IMG/VR virus record: IMGVR_UViG_3300032214_000986
Coordinates: 1 to 64,000 of that record
From: a virus
DNA length: 64,000 nt
Direction: 5' to 3' (one strand)
Below are positions 49,136 to 57,069 of this stretch, one piece after another (the stretch's first letter is position 1; each line of letters starts with the position of its first letter). Under the pieces are notes generated by a model. That model was not told the DNA's origin and did not search any database. It saw nothing but the letters and a program-made list of their open reading frames with translations. The translations under genes and the position numbers were made by a program.

Positions 49136-50182
49136 ATGAATATAGATAAATTTAAAGAACTTCTTTCAGTACCGTCAAAAACATATCAAGAAGAAGATAT
49201 GGTTGGGTTCATTTGTGATGAATTAGAGTCCATTGAGGGGGTTACCTTTTATCGTGATGATATGATGAATATCTACGCAACTAAAGGTGTGTTAGAAGAA
49301 GGTGAATTTTATCCTATGTTCGTTGCTCATACCGATACCGTACACACAAAGATTGATAAAATCATTGTTAAAGAGGAAAAACTTAAACGACCAAATACGT
49401 TTGGTAAAACGTTTGACGATACATTAGTAGATGTATTGAAGGCATATGACGAAGAAGGTAATCCTACAGGTATCGGTGGTGATGATAAATGTGGAATTTT
49501 CATTTGTTTAGAATTACTTAAACAATTAGATAAAGTAAAAGTTGGTTTATTCGTATCTGAAGAAACCGGTTGCCACGGGTCTTCAAAATGTGACGTTTCA
49601 TTTTTAGAAGATGTTGGTTATATCACGCAATACGATGCTCCTGGTAATCACTTAATTACCGAGATTTGCTCGGGGGTTCGTTTGTTTGAACGTGATAGTG
49701 AATTCTTTGAAAAAAGTATTTCAGTTATTGAAAATGCTTTTGGAAATGAAATGTTGGTTCAATCTCACCCTTATACTGACGTTTCACAATTAAAGAAAAA
49801 GGTTGACGTTTCTTGTATTAACATGTCTTGTGGTTACTACAACATGCACACAAAAGAAGAATTTATTTCTATTGATGATGTAGAACGTGCTATCGAGGCT
49901 GGTAAAAATATGGTATTCATCTTGGGATTAAATAAATACCAATACGAATACAAACCTATCGTTTACACAAAAAACACAATTTTTAACACTCTTTTTGATG
50001 ATGAAGTCGAAGAAGACGAAGATGATGTGTTTTTTCACCAGTTGGAGACTCTTGACGTTGAGGAAAATAAAGACGGAATAACAATTATGGATCCGTTTGA
50101 CAATAATGTCATGTTTATAAATGACGACGATTTAGTTTACTTATATGAAATAATTAAAGAAAGATTACTTAAAAAATATTAA
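49136..50182 (+). CDS. M20/M28/M42-type zinc peptidase
   Basis: VAHTDTVH, IGGDDKCG, SEETGC, YTD, GYYNMHT. Confidence 0.85.
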   Translation: MNIDKFKELLSVPSKTYQEEDMVGFICDELESIEGVTFYRDDMMNIYATKGVLEEGEFYPMFVAHTDTVHTKIDKIIVKEEKLKRPNTFGKTFDDTLVDVLKAYDEEGNPTGIGGDDKCGIFICLELLKQLDKVKVGLFVSEETGCHGSSKCDVSFLEDVGYITQYDAPGNHLITEICSGVRLFERDSEFFEKSISVIENAFGNEMLVQSHPYTDVSQLKKKVDVSCINMSCGYYNMHTKEEFISIDDVERAIEAGKNMVFILGLNKYQYEYKPIVYTKNTIFNTLFDDEVEEDEDDVFFHQLETLDVEENKDGITIMDPFDNNVMFINDDDLVYLYEIIKERLLKKY

Positions 50183-51315
50183 TTTTTTCTATAATCCATT
50201 GGGTTAAATAAACTTTCGTTGTAAACCATATTTAGGATATCGTCAGTATAAGACTCTCCGTATTTGGTAATATATGTTTTTCTGTTAGTAAGTGCGTATT
50301 TCACTTTTAGGGTTTCTTTATCAACACTTTTAACCATTAGTGTAACATCACTATTTGGTATTTTAACATACTGGTCAAATCCGATTGTTGAGTTAATTTT
50401 ATCAATTATCGAAAAATATTTTTTCATAGTCTCATCATTAGCATCCTCAAGTACTCTGTCTCTAAAGTTTTCTAAATCGTTATCGGCGTTGTGGATAAAC
50501 GAAGCATCAAACTCTTCATTATTCCAAATATTATATTGTATTTCATAATATTCAGGTAAGTGGGATATGGGTTCTTTTTCAATTGCCATAAATAATAAAT
50601 CAAGAAGATTGTCTTCTTCAGTACCAAAACGAGGATATAACATAATCGCATCTCCCCAATGTAATTTATATTTCCAAAAACAATACTTTTCAGAATACCT
50701 TTCAATACCAACAGGGGTTAAACAATTACAATAAGTATCCTCAATATATTTTCCAACTTCACCATCAACCGCAGCAACACTAGCATCTACCCAAGTACCC
50801 GTTAAATCATCAGATATTCTATTATCCACCTGTTCTAAAAATGAGCACACATTTTCAGGGTTATTTATTTTTAATTTTTTATCATTACCCACATCAAAAG
50901 ATTTTAAAAGACCTGGTTGAATAATTTTTGCAACATCGTAAATAATTTGTAAATGGTCTGAGTTTAAAGCTTCAACAATAATACCCTCTCTCCAGTCATC
51001 ATAAGATCTATCATCAAAATCCCAAGTCCAATTTCCACGGTACATAGAATCGTAATAACCCGCTTCATAATATCCATCAGTATTTTCTTCAGAATAATAA
51101 TCAGGAAAAAAGAATCTTAAATACTCCTCTAACCCATCAAAAGTAAACATTAAACCGTCTTGTTCTACAGTGATTATATTGCTAAAATCGTTACCTTCAG
51201 AATTATAAAACTCAACTTCACTAGGGCTTATTTTTCTTTTATTAAGTGCAAGAATTTTTTGAAAGTCGTTTAACTCTTCTTCTTCTTGTTCAAAAATCCT
51301 TAAAATTTTTTTCAT
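50179..51315 (-). CDS. Hypothetical acidic protein
   Basis: Start moved to ATG 51315 (MKKILRIFEQEEE), which has TATTTATA 5 nt upstream; the longer ORF start lies inside the tmRNA. Confidence 0.7.
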   Translation of the reverse strand: MKKILRIFEQEEEELNDFQKILALNKRKISPSEVEFYNSEGNDFSNIITVEQDGLMFTFDGLEEYLRFFFPDYYSEENTDGYYEAGYYDSMYRGNWTWDFDDRSYDDWREGIIVEALNSDHLQIIYDVAKIIQPGLLKSFDVGNDKKLKINNPENVCSFLEQVDNRISDDLTGTWVDASVAAVDGEVGKYIEDTYCNCLTPVGIERYSEKYCFWKYKLHWGDAIMLYPRFGTEEDNLLDLLFMAIEKEPISHLPEYYEIQYNIWNNEEFDASFIHNADNDLENFRDRVLEDANDETMKKYFSIIDKINSTIGFDQYVKIPNSDVTLMVKSVDKETLKVKYALTNRKTYITKYGESYTDDILNMVYNESLFNPMDYRKN

Positions 51316-51381
51316 ATATTTATAAATATATTGTTTAATATAAAGTTTTATACTATCTTTACAATAGTTCTTTGAAAGTAT

Positions 51382-51779
51382 GGGGGTGTTTTTGGATTTG
51401 ACAGGTATTGGCTGAGGAATAAGGGCACGTGGGGACTGAACTAATCTCCTTAAAAACTGGTTTATTTTTTTAGACGGCAACGTTTTGAACAACCTTGAGA
51501 CTTTGGGACTTATCTCAACTCAAGAAGTTACTGTAGCTTAATTTAAGTACGGCAACGGGGGGTCGGTGGACACATAACCTAGCAACAGAAGTCTTTAAGG
51601 TGTGGTTTCTACCCAAAAAGAAACAAAAACGGGTGTGGTTCCCCGTAAGAACTACCACCGTCGCTGAGCGGTGTGAAAACTCAGATATTTCGGAAGGTAT
51701 GACAAACCTTGACCTAAACGTGTAGTCCTTATCTGACAGGATAGGCTGGACCGGGGTTCGAGTCCCCGCACCTCCACCA
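51382..51779 (+). ncRNA. ssrA: tmRNA (transfer-messenger RNA)
   Basis: 5' GGGGGTG pairs with 3' CACCTCC (G3-U wobble, Ala identity) followed by ACCA; GGATTTGAC near the 5' end; T-arm CGGGG-TTCGAGT-CCCCG; internal tag frame 51476-51541 GNVLNNLETLGLISTQEVTVA*. Confidence 0.95.
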
Positions 51780-51784
51780 ATTTT

Positions 51785-51817
51785 AAACCTCATCTTCGGA
51801 TGGGGTTTTATTTTTTT
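51785..51817 (+). terminator. Rho-independent terminator after the tmRNA
   Basis: AAACCTCATC-TTCG-GATGGGGTTT (cUUCGg loop) followed by a T tract. Confidence 0.85.
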
Positions 51818-51846
51818 AAAAAAAAACAAATATATTTTTAAAAACC

Positions 51847-51877
51847 TTTGGAAATCTAAATAAAAACAATATCTTTG
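51847..51877 (+). promoter_or_regulatory. Bacteroidota primary-sigma promoter (-33 TTTG / -7 TAnnTTTG)
   Basis: TTTG 51847-51850, 19-nt spacer, TATCTTTG 51870-51877. Confidence 0.7.
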
Positions 51878-51915
51878 TAGTGTAATCATTTATAAACCCT
51901 TTAAAAAAAAAGTAT

Positions 51916-52359
51916 ATGAAAAATTTAATCGTTGCAACATTCGTCTTTTTATTCTCACTTTCATTAAATGCACAAAAACAATACAACTTTTTTAGTGTAT
52001 ACGGGTTTGACTACTACGACATTACAGGTAAAAACATGAAGTCTGAAGATGTGTTAAAAGGTAAAAATCTTGGTACTACCTTTTCTTCAAACGGTTTCAA
52101 TCACTACACCATTAATTTGGAAACTAAAACTTTCACACACAACTACGTATCTTTGGAGAACGGAACTGAAGACCGTAAAGAAGATGTGAGTACAATCACA
52201 AACTTAGTTGAAACACCAAAGTTCATCAAATTCGATGTTAATACTGAGGACTTTGGTAAAATGACTTTGGTTATCAATAAAGTTACCACAACAGATGTTG
52301 ATTTGGTAGTTGTCTTTAAAGAGTCTAATAAGACATACGCAGCAGTCTTTAACAAATAG
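51916..52359 (+). CDS. Exported protein with Sec signal peptide
   Basis: MKNLIVATFVFLFSLSLNA|Q signal peptide; own promoter and terminator. Confidence 0.75.
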   Translation: MKNLIVATFVFLFSLSLNAQKQYNFFSVYGFDYYDITGKNMKSEDVLKGKNLGTTFSSNGFNHYTINLETKTFTHNYVSLENGTEDRKEDVSTITNLVETPKFIKFDVNTEDFGKMTLVINKVTTTDVDLVVVFKESNKTYAAVFNK

Positions 52360-52360
52360 A

Positions 52361-52395
52361 AATAAAAAAACCCTCTTATGGAGGGTTTTTTTATT
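52361..52395. terminator. Bidirectional terminator between convergent genes
   Basis: AATAAAAAAACCCTC-ttatg-GAGGGTTTTTTTATT. Confidence 0.88.
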
Positions 52396-52411
52396 TATTT
52401 AAAATTTTAAC

Positions 52412-52900
52412 TTATTTTACTAAAGCCATTGCTTCTTTTGCTCCAGCAACAACATTCATAGGTGATCCTGCAGATGGAGAACTTGGTTGTCCTTTTGAAT
52501 CACAGTACGCTCTTACCGCTTTATCAATAGCACCACCTTTTGAGAATACGTATGTACTACCACCTTCAAAAAGGTCAGCAGAACTTCTTGGGCTTAAGTT
52601 AGCAGGGTTTTGACTTACACCATCAATCTCTTTTCCACATCCAGCGTAAAGTACGATACCACCTTTAACTACAACTTCACCATTATTTTTAATTCTCATA
52701 CCGTTGAATTTAACTTGTGCTGTAGCAACACCTCTGTGTCCAGAACCAGGAGCTACTGTTGGTTGTGATAACGCAATAGCGTAACCTTGCATGTCTCGGC
52801 TATATCCAGCATCAACGATAGGTTGTGTTTTTTGTTCTTCGATAACTCGTTTAACGATTCTTGTTAAATCTGATTCCGTTAGTCTAATAATTTTTTTCAT
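52412..52900 (-). CDS. Hypothetical protein with MKKIIRLTESDLTRIVKRVIEE leader (putative internal head protein)
   Basis: 162 aa ORF; amphipathic leader; TATTTATA upstream at 52940-52947. Confidence 0.7.
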   Translation of the reverse strand: MKKIIRLTESDLTRIVKRVIEEQKTQPIVDAGYSRDMQGYAIALSQPTVAPGSGHRGVATAQVKFNGMRIKNNGEVVVKGGIVLYAGCGKEIDGVSQNPANLSPRSSADLFEGGSTYVFSKGGAIDKAVRAYCDSKGQPSSPSAGSPMNVVAGAKEAMALVK

Positions 52901-53008
52901 AATTTAGTTTTATTTTTATTGTTTTTATTATCTTTTACATATAAATATACTATATGCTTAAAAAAATACATTCATTAATGAATTTCATATAAATATTTTA
53001 ATTTTAAA

Positions 53009-53284
53009 TTAACCCCCCATTGGTGGATTAGGGTCTGTCCATTCTGATGTTGCCAAAATAACCAATATTTCCTCATAAGTGTAAGGACCGTCTTTTGTAG
53101 TTAGATTAGATACACATTCCGGCATTACACCGTCCCACTTAACGAATGTTTTTGTTTCATCAACCGATTTTCTAACGGTCTCTTCAGATGTCTCCAATAC
53201 TTGTGCGAAGTCAATCTGTTCTAATTCCGATACGTTAAATATCATGAATTCTCTGTTTTCGTAATCTTGTAATTGTGTTTCCAT
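53009..53284 (-). CDS. Small acidic protein accompanying fibre genes (chaperone/cap-like)
   Basis: IDFAQVLETS.ETVRKS.D.TKTFVKW...P...GPYT.EEI.....EW; follows a LamG protein. Confidence 0.55.
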   Translation of the reverse strand: METQLQDYENREFMIFNVSELEQIDFAQVLETSEETVRKSVDETKTFVKWDGVMPECVSNLTTKDGPYTYEEILVILATSEWTDPNPPMGG

Positions 53285-53297
53285 ATTTTATAAATAG

Positions 53298-54986
53298 TTA
53301 TAATCCAAATCTTGATTTTTGAGCGTTATAGTTTTGTAGAACCTCATTACTACTTAGAGGTCGATTATAAATCTGAGTTAACGCAACATTACCACTCCAA
53401 TAGTTACTCACCGATGTGTTGTTAATTCTGCCAACACCTAAAACTCTTGCACTATCTCCTGTTGAAAAGGTACCAAAATTATTAGGGGTATCAAACGAAA
53501 TTCCATTTTTATAAAATTGACAATTCGTCCCATTCCCAACACAAGTAACAAGCACCCAATTATTATCAGTGAAAAAATTATTTTTAGTTTGATTAAGAGT
53601 AAATTGACCTGAAGTCCCATACGTTATTGACAACCACAATCTTCCAGAAGTGGCAGAATGACCTAAATAGAATCCTTTAGAACCGGCAGTTCCATCATTA
53701 TTACCCATAAAATATCTTGCGGTTGTTAAATCACTAAGTTTAACCCAGGCACTGATTGTAAAAATACCCGTATTTTGTATGAACGAAAATGTTGACGTAG
53801 TTCCTATGTTTGTGACATAATCATCAACTCCATCAAAAACTATAGACCCTCCGCCATCTGTACTATATGTTGGACCATTTGTTAATGTTCCGGTACCTCC
53901 GCTCACTCCACTAATGTTATTCCAAGTTGTACCTGTACCGGGATATGACACACCATATCCCGCATCCAAATAATTAACCAATCCATTTGTCACTATGTTT
54001 TCACCCAAGAATCTTGGGAATTGTGCTTGGTAGTTTTGTAAAACTTCCGTTGAGGATATTTCTCTATTGTAGATTTTGGTTGTTGAAATATTACCAATAA
54101 GGTCATCACCTATTTGTAAATTATAGGTATTAGTTGATAAATTACCAGAACCAACAGGATTACCCTGAGAAACCCCATTAATATAAAGTCTCCCTCCGTT
54201 AGAATATGTCCATACTACGTTACACCATTGATTTAATGGAATAACCCCACTATCAGGAGAAACAATTCCCCATACACCTCCTCTAGTTGCTAATACTCTT
54301 ATTATATTTGGGCTATATGTTCCTGCAAAGTATAATTGGAAATTACCGTCTAATGTTCCGTTATATTTCTTTAAAAAATTTATAGAGTAAGTATCTGTCC
54401 TATAACTGGTGGGATAAAACCAACAATCTACCGATATGTTGTTTGCAATATCTAATGAATTACTATCCGATACTGTAATTATATCATCAACACCATCAAA
54501 CACGATTGATCCACCTTTGGTTGGGTTATAAGTCGGTCCATTAGTTAGTGTACCATTATTTCCACTATAGGATAAATCATACAAGGTTGTTCCCGATCTC
54601 GAATATGATGGTGTAAATCCTGCGTCAAGATTTAACACCAACCCATTTGTGACTATAGATTCATAATCCTTATTTACACAAACATTATTTGTTTGCGTTG
54701 CATACCAATTCAAGCATTGGGTTATTCCCGTAAATGTTTGTCCCGCTAAATTATTTGTAAATGTTATCAATTCCGCATCGTTATTTGCCGAATAAAAACT
54801 TATATTACTTTCTTGACTTGCATTATATTGATATACAGTATACCCACTAACGACAGGACTAACCCCATTGTATGTTTTTGTAACATTTGATGGGCCTTTA
54901 CCGACATCACCAGTACCAATAAAGAAATTACCTTTCTTTAATGAAAATGTGTCTCCTGTTGTTGAATATTTTATTGTATTTGGCAT
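53298..54986 (-). CDS. Fibre/receptor-binding protein with two LamG (ConA-like) domains
   Basis: Two copies of IVTNGLV..LDAG...SY...GTT....GTLTNGPTY....GGSIVFDGVDD...IYNR..SS.EVLQNY. Confidence 0.8.
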   Translation of the reverse strand: MPNTIKYSTTGDTFSLKKGNFFIGTGDVGKGPSNVTKTYNGVSPVVSGYTVYQYNASQESNISFYSANNDAELITFTNNLAGQTFTGITQCLNWYATQTNNVCVNKDYESIVTNGLVLNLDAGFTPSYSRSGTTLYDLSYSGNNGTLTNGPTYNPTKGGSIVFDGVDDIITVSDSNSLDIANNISVDCWFYPTSYRTDTYSINFLKKYNGTLDGNFQLYFAGTYSPNIIRVLATRGGVWGIVSPDSGVIPLNQWCNVVWTYSNGGRLYINGVSQGNPVGSGNLSTNTYNLQIGDDLIGNISTTKIYNREISSTEVLQNYQAQFPRFLGENIVTNGLVNYLDAGYGVSYPGTGTTWNNISGVSGGTGTLTNGPTYSTDGGGSIVFDGVDDYVTNIGTTSTFSFIQNTGIFTISAWVKLSDLTTARYFMGNNDGTAGSKGFYLGHSATSGRLWLSITYGTSGQFTLNQTKNNFFTDNNWVLVTCVGNGTNCQFYKNGISFDTPNNFGTFSTGDSARVLGVGRINNTSVSNYWSGNVALTQIYNRPLSSNEVLQNYNAQKSRFGL

Positions 54987-54989
54987 ATA

Positions 54990-55244
54990 TTAATTATCGT
55001 ATCCGTATGTCTCATTATTATCAATTATTTTCCATATTGAATGGAAGTTACTTGTCGGTCTTTCAACCAATAATTCATCAACATAATCCCACCAAGAATT
55101 AAGTTGTTGTTCTGTCAATGTTGAAGAACATTGACCTCTATAAATTACACCATATGGTTGTTCTTGATTCAATTGTATAGTGCTAACGTTACTGTTGAAT
55201 TGAATTATTTGGTCATCTGTTGTTTTAAATTCTACCTGTCTCAT
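54990..55244 (-). CDS. Hypothetical protein
   Basis: 84 aa ORF between two fibre genes, ATGA coupling. Confidence 0.6.
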   Translation of the reverse strand: MRQVEFKTTDDQIIQFNSNVSTIQLNQEQPYGVIYRGQCSSTLTEQQLNSWWDYVDELLVERPTSNFHSIWKIIDNNETYGYDN

Positions 55245-57013
55245 TTTACCATTATCATATATTGATTTGTCCCACCATAAGTTAATCCGTTAGAAACGTA
55301 TGTTCCAAAATCATAAACACCTCCAGTATTTGTGGAACCACCACACCAAGGTCCCGAATAATAAAAGTTCGCACCGCAATATACGGTAGACATTGACGTT
55401 GGGGTACCTCCATAACCGGCAAACCCACAACAATCCCTCATATAATAAATATTATTATTAGTCGCCGTTGTTGTATATCCAATAGCTCCCTGCATTCCAG
55501 GAAAACTTGTTGTACCATAAACTGCGGTGTTGCTTTTTAATGTTGATGTTGAGTAAGATTGTTGAGTGTCTGACCCAAAAAAAGTTGAGTAGGTTACGTT
55601 ATATTTATATATGAATGGACCCCAAGTATTATCAAAATTTGTTCTTTGATTGCCGTAAATATAAGATGTAAAAGTTGTATTTCCGTCCCATATTTCACCC
55701 CAACCTAATTGATACGCTTGTGAGAAATCATTTATACTACCTATGGAACCACCTTTCCATCCCCAATTCTCACCATTATAATTTACGGTACTTGAGTGAC
55801 TTCTGGCAACTAACATCCATCCACCACCATCTGTGGTCATATCACAATAAACTTGATATGGAGATGAGTTTGACCCTCCGGGATAAACCCAATATAAACC
55901 ATCATATCCTGCGAGTTGTGGAAATGTGTCTATAATATCTTTACAAGTTTTACAATTTGTGAATGCTTTTTGACCACCATACCTAAAATTACTCAAAACT
56001 TCTGATGCAGATAACGATCTATTGTATATTGAAAATTGTGCAATGTTACCTTTTAATGGGTTTATAGTTGATGAGTAGTTAGATCTACCAATATTTAATG
56101 TTCTTGACGATGGCCCTGAATAATAATTTCCTTGATTTGCGTTACCGCTCCCACCCCCTCTTAATGTTGTTGTAGAAGCAACACCATTTATGTACCATTG
56201 ACCTACTTTATCCGGATTTTGACAAGTAAATGTACAATGTGTCCATTCGGTACCAATCGTATTATCGTTTGTTGACCCGGCAATTAGACGATAATTTAAA
56301 ATAGAGCCCGTAACTTGGAATCTTATACAATTATCCCCATATCCCGAAATACCATACTCAGCAATAATAAAAAACCCTTTTTCGGCGTTAGTTAAAGTAT
56401 TACCCGCAACTACATATCTGGTATTATTTGCAAATTTTTTAATCCAAAACGAAACTGAAAACGTTCCAGCTGAAAAAATATAGTTATAATCACTAGTCGT
56501 ACCAATATCATTAATATAATCATCGACACCATCAAATGCAATACTACCACCGTTTGTTGTACTAAATGTAGGGCTATTCGTTAAAGTTCCATTATTGGTT
56601 CTAGCGATATCATACCAAGTAGTGTTAGTCGTTGGGTATGACGGTGTAAATCCCGCATCCATTAATAAATCTAACCCCGATGTTTTAATAGCATCATAAT
56701 CAATATTTAAAACCATTTTATCAGTTTGTGTCATGAACCAACTTAGACATTCGGCAACCGTCGTATAATTTTGAGATGCAATTCTATTAGTAAGAATTAT
56801 AAGTTCAGAATCAGAATTAGCTGCGTAAATGGCAGGTCCATTAGTTGATTTATTAAGATACACTGCGTAACCACCTCTTACGGGTGAAAGTCCATGCCAA
56901 AAACCGGTAGTGCTCGTAGGACCTTTACCAACGTCATTTGTCCCGATCCAAAAGTTACCTTTTTTTAATGCCAATGTTTCTGTACTTGCGTTATATTTAA
57001 ACGTATTCGCCAT
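55241..57013 (-). CDS. Fibre/receptor-binding protein: LamG + fibrinogen-like domain
   Basis: One LamG unit, then TCKDI...DGLYWVYP...VYCDMTTDGGGWMLVAR fibrinogen-type motif. Confidence 0.8.
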   Translation of the reverse strand: MANTFKYNASTETLALKKGNFWIGTNDVGKGPTSTTGFWHGLSPVRGGYAVYLNKSTNGPAIYAANSDSELIILTNRIASQNYTTVAECLSWFMTQTDKMVLNIDYDAIKTSGLDLLMDAGFTPSYPTTNTTWYDIARTNNGTLTNSPTFSTTNGGSIAFDGVDDYINDIGTTSDYNYIFSAGTFSVSFWIKKFANNTRYVVAGNTLTNAEKGFFIIAEYGISGYGDNCIRFQVTGSILNYRLIAGSTNDNTIGTEWTHCTFTCQNPDKVGQWYINGVASTTTLRGGGSGNANQGNYYSGPSSRTLNIGRSNYSSTINPLKGNIAQFSIYNRSLSASEVLSNFRYGGQKAFTNCKTCKDIIDTFPQLAGYDGLYWVYPGGSNSSPYQVYCDMTTDGGGWMLVARSHSSTVNYNGENWGWKGGSIGSINDFSQAYQLGWGEIWDGNTTFTSYIYGNQRTNFDNTWGPFIYKYNVTYSTFFGSDTQQSYSTSTLKSNTAVYGTTSFPGMQGAIGYTTTATNNNIYYMRDCCGFAGYGGTPTSMSTVYCGANFYYSGPWCGGSTNTGGVYDFGTYVSNGLTYGGTNQYMIMVK

Positions 57014-57069
57014 TAATCTTTATTAGATAAATACTTTGTTTTTAAATAACAAATACCTATATTTTTACT

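Noticed and set aside
51316-51492. N-terminal extension of ORF 50179..51492
   Set aside because: It runs antisense through the tmRNA 5' end; ATG 51315 with an upstream TATTTATA is the better start.
51741-51779. Stand-alone tRNA gene
   Set aside because: The T-arm and CCA pair with the 5' end about 390 nt upstream and enclose a tag frame, so it is the tmRNA 3' end.
51515-51889. 124-aa minus-strand ORF
   Set aside because: Shadow of the tmRNA, its terminator and a promoter.
55241-56000. Diversity-generating retroelement target in the fibrinogen-like tip
   Set aside because: No template repeat with adenine-specific mismatches and no reverse transcriptase seen in the window.
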